Below are positions 27,823-37,090 of a stretch of 64,000 nucleotides of DNA, piece by piece. Positions within the stretch are counted from its first letter, which is position 1; each line of letters opens with the position of its first letter. The position numbers were made by a program, and so were the translations under genes. Under the pieces are notes generated by a model that saw only the letters and a program-made list of their open reading frames with translations, searched no databases and was not told where the DNA came from. Origin of the DNA: an uncultured Blautia sp. (GTDB lineage: Bacteria > Bacillota > Clostridia > Lachnospirales > Lachnospiraceae); NCBI GenBank assembly GCA_900540785.1, contig UQHF01000001.1, forward strand, positions 12,464 through 76,463. The letters are read 5' to 3'.

Positions 27823-29586
27823 TCAACCCTCTTTGGCTGTGTTCTGCTCCTCTTCTGTCCCGTTTTTTTCAATTCCCATATAGGGCAGCACATTTTCAAA
27901 AATGCTTCTTATAACAGGCGCAGCTATGGTTCCGCCATAATAAATCCCCTGAGGATTATGAATGATACAAAGCCCCAGTATCTGCGGATTTTCTGCAGGA
28001 GCAAAGCCAAGAAAAGAAGAGATATACCGGTTTGCGCTTCTTGGAAGCGTCTGGGAAGTCGCAGTTTTTCCTCCTATGGAATAGCCCTCTATCTTTGCAT
28101 TTTTTCCGGAGCCTTCTGAGACAACTGTTTCCAGGATTGCCCGCACGGTTTCCGAGGTTTCCTGTGATACAATTCTTTTTTGGGGCGGATATTCAATTTT
28201 CTGTGCCCTTGTGCCGTCACTGCTCCTCACAGTTACTCCAAAATGGGGCGTTACCCTGTTTCCCCCGTTAATAAGCCCGCTCACAGTTGCAGCAAGCTGA
28301 ATGGGCGTAATCTGAAAAGATTGCCCGAAAGCGACAGTGGCAAGCTCCACTTCTCCCATATTTTCCATTTTGTGCATGATCGTTCCCGCTTCTCCCGGAA
28401 GATCCACCCCTGTTTTTTCCAGAAGTCCGAACTGTCGGAAATACTTATAATAGTTTTCCACTCCCAGGCGAAGCCCCACCTCTATAAAAACAGGGTTACA
28501 GGAGTTCTGTGCGCCCTGCACAAAGGTCTCCGCTCCATGTCCCGTCCTTCTGGCACACCGTATTCTTCTGTCCTCCACGATTTTATAGCCCGGACAGAAA
28601 AAATGGTCATTTACAGATACAACGCCTTCCTCAAGGCCTGCGGACATGGTAATGATCTTAAAGGTAGAGCCCGGCTCATACGTATCGTTCAAACATGGAT
28701 TTCTCCACATCTGATTCAATAAATCCTGCTTCTTTTTCGCCGAAAGCCCGGACGTATCCTGCCCTGTATTCAGTACAAACGGCTGGTTTAAATCAAATTC
28801 CGGCACATTGACGCAGGCATAAATCTCACCGTTTTGCGGATTCATAAGTAAAATGGAAACGCGCTCCGCCTGTTTTTCCTCCATTACCTTTAAGGCTGCC
28901 TGCTGAACATATTCCTGTATACTGGCATCAAGGCTGATCTGAAGATCGTTTCCGGAAACCGGATCTTCTCTGTTCTCCCCAAGGCGCTCCAGCTCCACTC
29001 CTCTTGCGTCTGTTGTTGTCAGAATTTTCCCCGCCTCTCCTTTTAAAATATCCTCATACTTTACCTCAAGACCTATAATTCCCTGATTATCTCCCCCTGT
29101 AAACCCCAGAACTTTTGAGGCAAGAGAACCATACGGATAATATCTTTTATAATCTTCATCAACCTTTACACCGGAAAGCCCGTACTCCCGAATGGCATCT
29201 CCTGTCTCCTTCTCCACATTTGTCTTAATACGCTCAATGGACGATACTTTTTCTACCCGTTTCCGTATATCCTCCTCCTTCATTTCCAGCTCCTTCGCAA
29301 GTACGGAAATTACCTTTTCCGGTTCTTTTATCTGGCTGTGTATGACAGAAACCGTACAAACTGTCCTGTTATCTGCCAGCACCTTCCCTTTTGCATCCAG
29401 TATCCGTCCTCTTGCAGCCTTTATATCTCTTTCTCTCTCGTGAAGCTCCTGCGCTTTTTCATAATAATAATCTGAGCGGAATCCCATCAGATACACAAGT
29501 CTTCCGATCAGTCCTGCCATAATAAAAAAGCAGATAAAAAATACAAGCCACACTTTTTTTCTGTGGAATGTCCTGTTTCTTTTCAT
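27823..29586 (-). CDS. Class B penicillin-binding protein (FtsI/SpoVD-type transpeptidase)
   Basis: 587 aa. It has an N-terminal transmembrane segment, a dimerisation domain, and the transpeptidase motifs STFK, SCN and KTG. Confidence 0.9.
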   Translation of the reverse strand: MKRNRTFHRKKVWLVFFICFFIMAGLIGRLVYLMGFRSDYYYEKAQELHERERDIKAARGRILDAKGKVLADNRTVCTVSVIHSQIKEPEKVISVLAKELEMKEEDIRKRVEKVSSIERIKTNVEKETGDAIREYGLSGVKVDEDYKRYYPYGSLASKVLGFTGGDNQGIIGLEVKYEDILKGEAGKILTTTDARGVELERLGENREDPVSGNDLQISLDASIQEYVQQAALKVMEEKQAERVSILLMNPQNGEIYACVNVPEFDLNQPFVLNTGQDTSGLSAKKKQDLLNQMWRNPCLNDTYEPGSTFKIITMSAGLEEGVVSVNDHFFCPGYKIVEDRRIRCARRTGHGAETFVQGAQNSCNPVFIEVGLRLGVENYYKYFRQFGLLEKTGVDLPGEAGTIMHKMENMGEVELATVAFGQSFQITPIQLAATVSGLINGGNRVTPHFGVTVRSSDGTRAQKIEYPPQKRIVSQETSETVRAILETVVSEGSGKNAKIEGYSIGGKTATSQTLPRSANRYISSFLGFAPAENPQILGLCIIHNPQGIYYGGTIAAPVIRSIFENVLPYMGIEKNGTEEEQNTAKEG

Positions 29587-29595
29587 AAAACAAAA

Positions 29596-29641
29596 CCCCG
29601 GCAGAGATTGTCATTTCAATATATGACTTCTCTCTGTCGGG
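29596..29641 (-). promoter_or_regulatory. Hairpin CCCCGGCAGAGA-N22-TCTCTGTCGGGG followed (minus sense) by TTTTGTTTT directly abutting the start codon of the downstream PBP
   Basis: 12 bp perfect stem read directly from the sequence. It looks like an intrinsic terminator between the two tandem PBP genes, and the only SD-like GGGG for the downstream PBP lies inside the stem. Confidence 0.45.
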
Positions 29642-29649
29642 GTATTCAT

Positions 29650-31893
29650 TTATTCCAGTCCTGCCTCCTCGTTTGTAAGACCTTCGCTTTCCATATCATT
29701 TCCCTCTATGGGATCGGAATCGTCTTCCAGAGGTCCGGGAGCTTCCACATTGGACACGCCGTCCTGCAGCTCTTCTCCTTCTGTATTGCCATAGCTTCCC
29801 AGATTTTCGGATTTTATATATTCTCCGTTTTCATTTACCTGGTAGCTGCCATCCTCATTGAGGAGATAGCCATTTTCATCGATGCGGTTTCCGTCCCAGT
29901 CAACGAGATTTCCTTTATCGTCTATGAGATTTCCGTTTTCATCCACCTTGCTTCCAACCGGGTTTTTCAGATAACCGGCAAATCCCTCCCACAGCTCTGT
30001 CTGCGGAACGGTTCCGTCCGTAATTTCATCCGGCGCAATATTCAGATACGGAAGAAGCTCTGACATGATCCCCTGTGCAATATACTGTGGATAACGGCTG
30101 GTTGCCTGATCTTCCACATTTGGTTCGTCCACAACTACGTAAATCACGACCTCCGGTTCCTCTACAGGTGCAAAACCGATAAATGAAACGAGATATTTTC
30201 CATTTCCACGTGGGAATTTTTCCGCTGTACCAGTTTTACCACCTGAGCTGTATCCCTGCACCTTGGAGTAATGACTGGTACCCTCTTTTACGCTCAATTC
30301 CATATAACTTCTTATATCTGCAGAGATATTAGAAGAAATCGTCTGTTTTAAAAGAGTAGGAGAAAACGTTTTTACAATTCCGCCATTTGCATCTTTAATT
30401 TTTGTCACAAGATGGGGCTGATAATAATATCCTCCATTTATAACAGAGCAAAGAGCGTTGATCTCCTGTATCATGGTACAGGTATAGCCCTGTCCGAATG
30501 CAGAAGTTGCAAGCTCCGTCTCTCCCATCGTATCTTCCGTATGGATAATGCCAGTTCCCTCATTTGGAAGATCGATGCCGGTTCTTGCTCCAAAATTAAA
30601 AAGACTCTGCGCCTTGATAAACTGCTCGCTTCCCATTTTTGCACCAATCTGCATCATACCGTCATTACAGGAGTTGGCGATCACTTCTCCAAGTGTCTCC
30701 GTACCGTGAGCGTCCGGGTAAACGGCACACTTGATTTTTGTCTCCGCATTTGCTCCAAAAACTTCAAGACCGTCGCATAAAAACGTATCTGACTCGGAAA
30801 TTTTTCCTTTTTCCAGTGCACCCGCCATTACAATGGGCTTCACAACCGAACCGGGCTCAAACGCATCTGTCACACAGTAGTTGCTCCATATTCCGTTTAA
30901 AGCTTCTACTGTCTCTTCATCGTTCATTGCCTTGATCTCTTCCTCGGAGTATTCTCTGGACAAGTCTCTCGGCTCATTCAGATCATACCTGTCACCGCCG
31001 TCCATAGCGATGATCTCTCCGGTAGAAGGATCCTCCACAATGACTCCAACATGCTTTCCTCCCATCTTTTCATTAAACGCATTGACGTACTTCTCCACGA
31101 TCTGCTGTGCGCCAATATCAAGAGAAGTCTCAATACTTCTGCCGTTTACCGGTTCTATGATCGTCTGCTCCACGTCAGCATTGTTATTAAAATATCCATA
31201 CTGTCTTCCGTCTACCCCCATCAGGGTACTGTTATAATAACTTTCCAGCCCTATATCTGCCACATCTCTTGAAAGCGTAAAACCGATCGTATCGCAGGCA
31301 GCTTCATTAAAGGGATAAATCCTCAGATAATCTTCCTCGAACCACACGCCCTTTACATTGCTTCTCTCTTCTATCTCCGCCTTTGTCAATCCGCTCTCTT
31401 CTATGTCCTCCGGAATCTCTGTAGCTTCCTCAAACGCCTTCTTTTCGTCCATAGAAATCTGTTTTTTCAGAATCTGATACTGACTGTTTTTTGTATCCTC
31501 AGCAGAAAGCCGGGAACGTATATCCTTCTCGTCCAGTCCCAGGACGTCCACAAGCGCACGGACCGTCGGTTCTGTATATGTTTCTTTTTCATTTACTGCC
31601 TTGCAGTCCAGAATTACATTGTATACCTTATTGCTTGTAGCAAGGAGATTTCCATTCCTGTCATAAATATCTCCTCTCCTTGCAGGGATCACACGGTTTT
31701 CATATCTCTGCTGTGCCTGACTTAATACCTGTTTTTTGTATTTGCTGCCACTTGTTGCATTAATATAAGTAATCCTTGCTGCCAAAGCGACTAAAGCCAG
31801 CAACACTGCACAAAACAGCATTACCAGCTTTTTTCTCATGACCAGATTAATTTTTCGGGTTGGTTTTCTTCTTTTTTTTCCTGTCGTAGCCAA
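29650..31893 (-). CDS. Class B penicillin-binding protein with a ~150 aa C-terminal repeat/acidic extension
   Basis: 747 aa with transpeptidase motifs SVVK(STFK-type), SCND and KTGT. The C-terminus holds 8-residue D-x-N/D-G repeats (DENGNLID DKGNLVDW DGNRIDEN GYLLNEDGS YQVNENGEY) and then a D/E-rich tail. Confidence 0.85.
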   Translation of the reverse strand: MATTGKKRRKPTRKINLVMRKKLVMLFCAVLLALVALAARITYINATSGSKYKKQVLSQAQQRYENRVIPARRGDIYDRNGNLLATSNKVYNVILDCKAVNEKETYTEPTVRALVDVLGLDEKDIRSRLSAEDTKNSQYQILKKQISMDEKKAFEEATEIPEDIEESGLTKAEIEERSNVKGVWFEEDYLRIYPFNEAACDTIGFTLSRDVADIGLESYYNSTLMGVDGRQYGYFNNNADVEQTIIEPVNGRSIETSLDIGAQQIVEKYVNAFNEKMGGKHVGVIVEDPSTGEIIAMDGGDRYDLNEPRDLSREYSEEEIKAMNDEETVEALNGIWSNYCVTDAFEPGSVVKPIVMAGALEKGKISESDTFLCDGLEVFGANAETKIKCAVYPDAHGTETLGEVIANSCNDGMMQIGAKMGSEQFIKAQSLFNFGARTGIDLPNEGTGIIHTEDTMGETELATSAFGQGYTCTMIQEINALCSVINGGYYYQPHLVTKIKDANGGIVKTFSPTLLKQTISSNISADIRSYMELSVKEGTSHYSKVQGYSSGGKTGTAEKFPRGNGKYLVSFIGFAPVEEPEVVIYVVVDEPNVEDQATSRYPQYIAQGIMSELLPYLNIAPDEITDGTVPQTELWEGFAGYLKNPVGSKVDENGNLIDDKGNLVDWDGNRIDENGYLLNEDGSYQVNENGEYIKSENLGSYGNTEGEELQDGVSNVEAPGPLEDDSDPIEGNDMESEGLTNEEAGLE

Positions 31894-31905
31894 TCAATCA
31901 CCTGC

Positions 31906-32472
31906 CTAATTTGTACTCGGAATATCCTGATACTGCCTTACATAGCTGTTTCCTTCTGTCGTATATGTCATTACCTGCTCTTTGGTCGGATAACTCATAC
32001 CAAGGCGTCCGATAGCGATTTTTCGAATAGTATCCAGATCAACATTAGAGGTTACCTGACTGTAATACGCGTCATTATCCTCCTTAAGCTGGGTAAGCTC
32101 CGATTCCAGAACTGCGACTTCCTTCATACTGGCAGTAATTTCTGCCTTGAGCTGAAGATAGTGAATGCAGAAAAAAAGAATTGCAGCGGAAATAGCCGCT
32201 ATGAATACCACATAGCCTTTTCCCATTCCCATTGCACGCTCTCTGTTCTTCTGCGTCGCCCTGCTGACTTCCCTGTAACTTTCCGGACGCGCAGTTTTTT
32301 TCTGAGCTGCTCTTGCTCTTCTGACTGCCTCCTGCCTCTGCCTGTCCGGATAATTCCTTGCAGGTTCTTCTGCAAGTCTTCTTACCGCATTGCCCTCTAC
32401 ATAGATTCCTCCTGCGTTCCTGGCACTGTTCCGTCTTCTTCTGGCTGTCTCTGCTTGGTTTGTATTCGCCAT
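31906..32472 (-). CDS. ftsL: Cell division protein FtsL (septum formation initiator family)
   Basis: 188 aa with one transmembrane segment followed by a coiled coil (LKAEITASMKEVAVLESELTQLKEDNDAYY). It lies between rsmH and the PBP gene. Confidence 0.7.
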   Translation of the reverse strand: MANTNQAETARRRRNSARNAGGIYVEGNAVRRLAEEPARNYPDRQRQEAVRRARAAQKKTARPESYREVSRATQKNRERAMGMGKGYVVFIAAISAAILFFCIHYLQLKAEITASMKEVAVLESELTQLKEDNDAYYSQVTSNVDLDTIRKIAIGRLGMSYPTKEQVMTYTTEGNSYVRQYQDIPSTN

Positions 32473-32487
32473 TTTGTACTGCCCCTT

Positions 32488-33423
32488 TTATATCTTTCTT
32501 TCAAAAATCCGAAGTTTTGCGCTCTTGGAACGTGGGTTTTCCTCCATTTCCTCTTCTCCCGGAAGAATTGGTTTTCTGGTAATTACACGGCCTTTTGACT
32601 TTTTGCCACACACACATACAGGAAATTCCGGCGGACAGGTACATGGATTTTCATTTTTCCTGAAAATCGTCTTCACGATCCGGTCTTCCAGTGAATGGAA
32701 GGTAATGATACAAAGCCTTCCTCCATCATCAAGCAGATCGATCATCCCGTCAAGCGAATCCCGGAGTACATCCAGTTCTCTGTTCAGTTCTATACGGATC
32801 GCCTGAAATGTCCTCTTTGCAGGATGTCCTCCTGATGCCTGCATTTTCATGGGAATTGCCCTTCTTATAATTTCTGTAAGCTGTCCTGTTGTCTCAATCG
32901 GACCATTCTGTCTTGCCGCAACAATGTGCTTCGCAATGTTCTTCGCAAATTTATCTTCTCCGTAATCACGAATGATACGGTATAATTCTTTTTCTTCGTA
33001 ACCATTTACAATGTCCCCTGCCGTCTGGCTCTGTCTCTGATCCATACGCATATCAAGGGGCGCGTCAGTACGGTAGGTAAAACCCCGCTCCTCATTATCA
33101 AGCTGATAAGAAGAAACACCCAGATCCAGAAGGATGCCGTCTACTTTTGTGATACCGCGGGCGCGAAGTTCCTCTACCATGTAACAATAGTTGCTGCGAA
33201 TGATCATCGCCTGTTCACAGGCAGCCAACCTTTCACTCGCAGCAACTATTGCATCCTGGTCTTGATCTATGCCAATAAATCTCCCCTTGGCAGAAAGTTT
33301 CTTACACACCTCAAGGGCATGTCCCGCTCCTCCTAAAGTACCATCCACGTAGACACCGTCCGGCTTTACCTTTAAACCGTCTATGGTTTCTTTCAGTAAT
33401 ACAGATTTGTGTTTAAATTCCAT
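32488..33423 (-). CDS. rsmH: 16S rRNA (cytosine1402-N4)-methyltransferase
   Basis: 311 aa with [12 protein letters not shown] and MraW motifs. Confidence 0.95.
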   Translation of the reverse strand: MEFKHKSVLLKETIDGLKVKPDGVYVDGTLGGAGHALEVCKKLSAKGRFIGIDQDQDAIVAASERLAACEQAMIIRSNYCYMVEELRARGITKVDGILLDLGVSSYQLDNEERGFTYRTDAPLDMRMDQRQSQTAGDIVNGYEEKELYRIIRDYGEDKFAKNIAKHIVAARQNGPIETTGQLTEIIRRAIPMKMQASGGHPAKRTFQAIRIELNRELDVLRDSLDGMIDLLDDGGRLCIITFHSLEDRIVKTIFRKNENPCTCPPEFPVCVCGKKSKGRVITRKPILPGEEEMEENPRSKSAKLRIFERKI

Positions 33424-33458
33424 CTCCGTCTCCTGTTGGATTAGACTCTACGCATTGC

Positions 33459-33899
33459 TTAAATGACGATACCCATATCCTGCATACTTTCTGCAATCTC
33501 ATTCATATCGTCATAATCGCAGTTTTCGCTCCACTTCTCTTTGCTCCAGACCTCAATCCTGTCCAGATTACCTGTCAGAACCACGTCCTTCTCCAGACCG
33601 GCAAACTCCCGCAGTGTCTGCGGCACTAAAACTCTCCCCTGCCTGTCCAGCTCACACATGGCAGCGCCTGCAACAAAGAACCGTGAGAAGGTTCTTGCGT
33701 TTTTATTTGTAAGTGGCAAAGCTCGTAATTTCTGTTCAAAGGCTTTCCATTCATCTACAGGATAAATAAAAAGACAACCATCTAATCCTCTTGTAAGAAC
33801 AAATTCTGTTCCCAGAAGCTCCCTGAATTTTGCAGGAATGATCAGACGCCCCTTCGCGTCTATTGTATGATTGTATTCTCCCATGAACATGTAAATCAC
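33459..33899 (-). CDS. mraZ: Transcriptional regulator MraZ
   Basis: It has [24 protein letters not shown] and a duplicated MraZ fold. The start is either GTG at 33899 or ATG at 33890. Confidence 0.9.
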   Translation of the reverse strand: MIYMFMGEYNHTIDAKGRLIIPAKFRELLGTEFVLTRGLDGCLFIYPVDEWKAFEQKLRALPLTNKNARTFSRFFVAGAAMCELDRQGRVLVPQTLREFAGLEKDVVLTGNLDRIEVWSKEKWSENCDYDDMNEIAESMQDMGIVI

Positions 33900-33960
33900 C
33901 TACTCCCGGAAAATGTGATTCTCCCCTTCACATTTTCTTACAGGCGGAAATGATATATGA

Positions 33961-34010
33961 CACCACTGGGTCTCCATTTGCCACCACTATTCTCCACTTT
34001 CTACCACTTA
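33961..34010 (-). promoter_or_regulatory. Putative MraZ operator: four AGTGG-type direct repeats (minus sense) in the mraZ promoter region
   Basis: The plus strand shows CCACT/CCAC at 33963, 33984, 33994 and 34004. In the sense orientation these are AGTGGTG, AGTGGTGG, AGTGGAG and AGTGGTAG, partly at 10 bp phasing. This matches the GTGG[G/T] direct-repeat operator established for MraZ. Confidence 0.45.
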
Positions 34011-34234
34011 TGTGATTATTCTAAACTATCCAGTGGGAAATTACAAGGGGAAATCCAAGTTTTTTTCTTTTTAAAAAAATTTTTATTTTCCTGAGTCTGA
34101 TCTTCTTATCCTCAATCTTTATGCGGTCTTAATACTCTTAACTTACTTATTTATGCGTAATTAATACTGAATAGGCTATAGTATATAGACGCTATGAAAT
34201 AAAGATAATGTAAAGATAAAGGAAAAATATAACA

Positions 34235-35608
34235 ATGACAATACAAATAAAACTTCCCCAAAAATTTTTCCGTAAAAAATTGCGCTTTTCCTCGTCCCGG
34301 ATTATTATTCTGGGATTTTTTCTGGCTATTCTCTGTGGAAGCCTCCTTCTTATGCTTCCTATTGCTTCCAGAGAAGGACGCGTTACGCCTTTTCTTGACA
34401 CGCTTTTCACAGCTACGTCTGCAGTATGCGTAACTGGTCTTGTCGTGTATGACACAGCCACTTACTGGTCAGGATTCGGACAGGCTGTTATTCTCTGCCT
34501 GATCCAGATAGGCGGAATGGGAATCGTCACCATTGCCGTATCCTTTGCCCGTCTCTCCGGGAGAAAAATCGGACTGATGCAGCGCAGCACCATGCAGGAA
34601 GCAATTTCCGCTCCTCAGGTGGGAGGAATTGTGCGGCTTACCAATTTTATTATCCGGACAACGATCCTTGTAGAGCTTGCAGGAGCAGTATGCCTCTTCC
34701 CCTGCTTTATAAAGGAATTCGGGCCATTAAAATCCCTGTGGTATTCTGTATTCCACTCCATATCCGCATTCTGCAATGCCGGTTTTGACCTGATGGGCGT
34801 AAAGGAGCAGTTTTCCTCCCTTACTTCTTATGTAAATCAGCCTGTCGTCAATCTCGTAATCGCGCTTCTTATTATAACAGGAGGAATTGGTTTCCTGACC
34901 TGGGACGATATAAAAGTGCACAGACATCATTTTCACAAATATAAAATGCAGAGCAAAACAATTTTAACGGTTACGTCTGTACTGATTGTTCTTCCTGCTC
35001 TTTACTTTTTCTTTGTGGAATTTTCAAGGGATGTGTGGGGAGAGCTGTCCGGCGGAGAAAGAGCTATCCGTTCTTTTTTCCAGTCTGTGACACCCAGAAC
35101 AGCCGGTTTTAACACCGTAGATCTGACTCTTCTCACAGAACCAGGACAGGTGATCACTATTTTACTTATGCTTATAGGCGGTTCCCCCGGCTCTACTGCC
35201 GGAGGATTAAAGACAACAACTATTGCTGTTCTTTTCGCCTCCGCCTTCGCAGTGTTCACTCAGAAGCCGGACGGTCATTTATTCCGCAGGAGAATCCCGG
35301 ATAACACCATTCATTATGCAGCTACCATTCTCCTTATGTACCTTGTACTTTTCCTTTCAGGAGGACTGATCATAAGCTGTGCAGAAGGAATTCCCGTTCT
35401 GCCCGCTCTGTTTGAAGCTGCATCTGCCATCGGTACCGTAGGACTTACCCTTGGCATTACACCGGAACTTGGCGTTATTTCAAGAATTGTATTGATCTGT
35501 CTTATGTTTTTCGGCAGAGTCGGCGGGCTTACCCTTGTTTTTGCCGCTATTTCAAATAAGCATCATGCAGCTTCCAGGCTGCCGCAGGAAAAAATAACAG
35601 TAGGTTAA
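34235..35608 (+). CDS. ktrB: TrkH/KtrB family potassium uptake membrane subunit
   Basis: 457 aa with repeated pore-loop GIG/GLK motifs (SGFGQ, CNAGF, TAGFN, TAGGLKTTT). Confidence 0.85.
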   Translation: MTIQIKLPQKFFRKKLRFSSSRIIILGFFLAILCGSLLLMLPIASREGRVTPFLDTLFTATSAVCVTGLVVYDTATYWSGFGQAVILCLIQIGGMGIVTIAVSFARLSGRKIGLMQRSTMQEAISAPQVGGIVRLTNFIIRTTILVELAGAVCLFPCFIKEFGPLKSLWYSVFHSISAFCNAGFDLMGVKEQFSSLTSYVNQPVVNLVIALLIITGGIGFLTWDDIKVHRHHFHKYKMQSKTILTVTSVLIVLPALYFFFVEFSRDVWGELSGGERAIRSFFQSVTPRTAGFNTVDLTLLTEPGQVITILLMLIGGSPGSTAGGLKTTTIAVLFASAFAVFTQKPDGHLFRRRIPDNTIHYAATILLMYLVLFLSGGLIISCAEGIPVLPALFEAASAIGTVGLTLGITPELGVISRIVLICLMFFGRVGGLTLVFAAISNKHHAASRLPQEKITVG

Positions 35609-35621
35609 AAGGAGTATCATT

Positions 35622-36269
35622 ATGAAATCAGTTTTAATTATCGGACTTGGCAGATTTGGCAGACATGTTGCCATGACACTAACTGATATGGGACATCAGA
35701 TCATGGCAGTTGATATTCGTGAGGACCGCGTAGACAAAGTTCTCCCCTATGTGACAAATGCCCAGATTGGAAACAGCACAAATGAAGAGTTTCTCTCCTC
35801 CCTTGGAATCCGCAACTTTGATGTCTGCTTCGTCACCATCGGAGATAATTTCCAGAATTCTCTTGAGACAACCTCTCTTTTAAAGGAACTTGGAGCCAAA
35901 CTGGTTGTTTCCAGAGCAGCGAGAGACGTACACGCAAAATTTCTTCTTCGAAACGGGGCAGACGAAATCGTATATCCGGAAAAACAGCTTGCTTCCTGGG
36001 CAGCGATCCGCTACACCTGTGATCATATTTTTGATTACATTGAACTGGACGATGAGTATTCTGTATTTGAGGTTTCCATACCGGAATCCTGGATTGGCCG
36101 TTCCATTGGAGAGCTTGACATAAGAAACAAATACAATATCAATATTATGGCACTGAAAAAACATGGACACTTAAATCTCGACATCAGTTCAGACACGTTT
36201 ATTGCGCCTGGAGAAACCATGCTGGTTCTTGGAAATAACAACGATATTCACAAGTGCTTCCACATTTGA
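35622..36269 (+). CDS. ktrA: TrkA/KtrA NAD-binding regulatory subunit of the potassium transporter
   Basis: 215 aa with Rossmann motif IIGLGRFGRHVA and a TrkA-C-like C-terminus. Confidence 0.85.
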   Translation: MKSVLIIGLGRFGRHVAMTLTDMGHQIMAVDIREDRVDKVLPYVTNAQIGNSTNEEFLSSLGIRNFDVCFVTIGDNFQNSLETTSLLKELGAKLVVSRAARDVHAKFLLRNGADEIVYPEKQLASWAAIRYTCDHIFDYIELDDEYSVFEVSIPESWIGRSIGELDIRNKYNINIMALKKHGHLNLDISSDTFIAPGETMLVLGNNNDIHKCFHI

Positions 36270-36309
36270 TATACTAATGTCAGACTACTGCAGAAGGAGG
36301 TAACATTTC

Positions 36310-37008
36310 ATGAATAAAACATCGATTCTTGTTGTGGAAGATGATGCTCCTGTCCGCAACCTTATTACGACCACATTAAAAGCGCACGATTACCGCTATC
36401 TTACTGCACCAAACGGGGAACGTGCGATTTTGGAGGCTTCCTCCCATAATCCTGATATTGTTCTTCTTGATCTGGGACTTCCTGATATGGACGGCATGGA
36501 GGTAATCCGGAAAATCCGCTCCTGGTCCAATATGCCGATTATTATAATCAGTGCAAAATGCGAAGATGCCGACAAAGTAGATGCCCTTGACGCAGGCGCA
36601 GACGATTACCTTACAAAACCATTTTCTATTGAGGAGCTTCTCGCCCGTCTCCGCGTAACACAACGGCGGCTTTCTGTTATGAAAAGTGAGGCAAGTGCGG
36701 AAGATTCTGTTTTTATAAACGGAGACCTTCGGATCGATTACGCAGCAGGCTGCACCTACCTCGGAGAAAGAGAGCTTCATCTCACTCCCATTGAATATAA
36801 GCTTTTGTGCCTGCTTTCCCGCAATGTGGGAAAGGTTCTCACCCACACCTTCATCACACAGAAAATATGGGGTGCAAGCTGGGAAAATGATATTGCCTCT
36901 CTCCGCGTTTTCATGGCAACCCTCCGAAAAAAACTGGAAAGCGATCCTCAGTCTCCCCAGTATATCCAGACCCATATCGGAGTCGGATACCGTATGCTGA
37001 AATTGTAA
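36310..37008 (+). CDS. OmpR-family response regulator (KdpE-like), with no adjacent histidine kinase
   Basis: 232 aa. It has receiver-domain residues (VEDD, phospho-acceptor LLDLGLPDMDG, KP) and a winged-helix C-terminus (GVGYRM). Confidence 0.85.
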   Translation: MNKTSILVVEDDAPVRNLITTTLKAHDYRYLTAPNGERAILEASSHNPDIVLLDLGLPDMDGMEVIRKIRSWSNMPIIIISAKCEDADKVDALDAGADDYLTKPFSIEELLARLRVTQRRLSVMKSEASAEDSVFINGDLRIDYAAGCTYLGERELHLTPIEYKLLCLLSRNVGKVLTHTFITQKIWGASWENDIASLRVFMATLRKKLESDPQSPQYIQTHIGVGYRMLKL

Positions 37009-37040
37009 TCTCTGACACAGAATCTCATTTCTTTATACAC

Positions 37041-37090
37041 AAAAAGATGCAGGTCTTACGGAATACCATCCTGTAAGCCTGCACTTTTTA
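37041..37090. terminator. Imperfect hairpin TGCAGGTCTTACGG-N-CTGTAAGCCTGCA flanked by an A-run and a T-run; a bidirectional terminator
   Basis: It lies between the convergent response regulator and lgt genes. The pattern AAAAAG...CACTTTTTATTATT was read directly from the sequence. Confidence 0.5.

Noticed and set aside
34030-34234. Possible c-di-AMP (ydaO-type) riboswitch in the ktrB leader
   Set aside because: The region is extremely AT-rich. It lacks the GC-rich paired elements and conserved ACGGGGA/CCCG-type motifs expected, apart from a single GGGGAAATCC, and is too unstructured.
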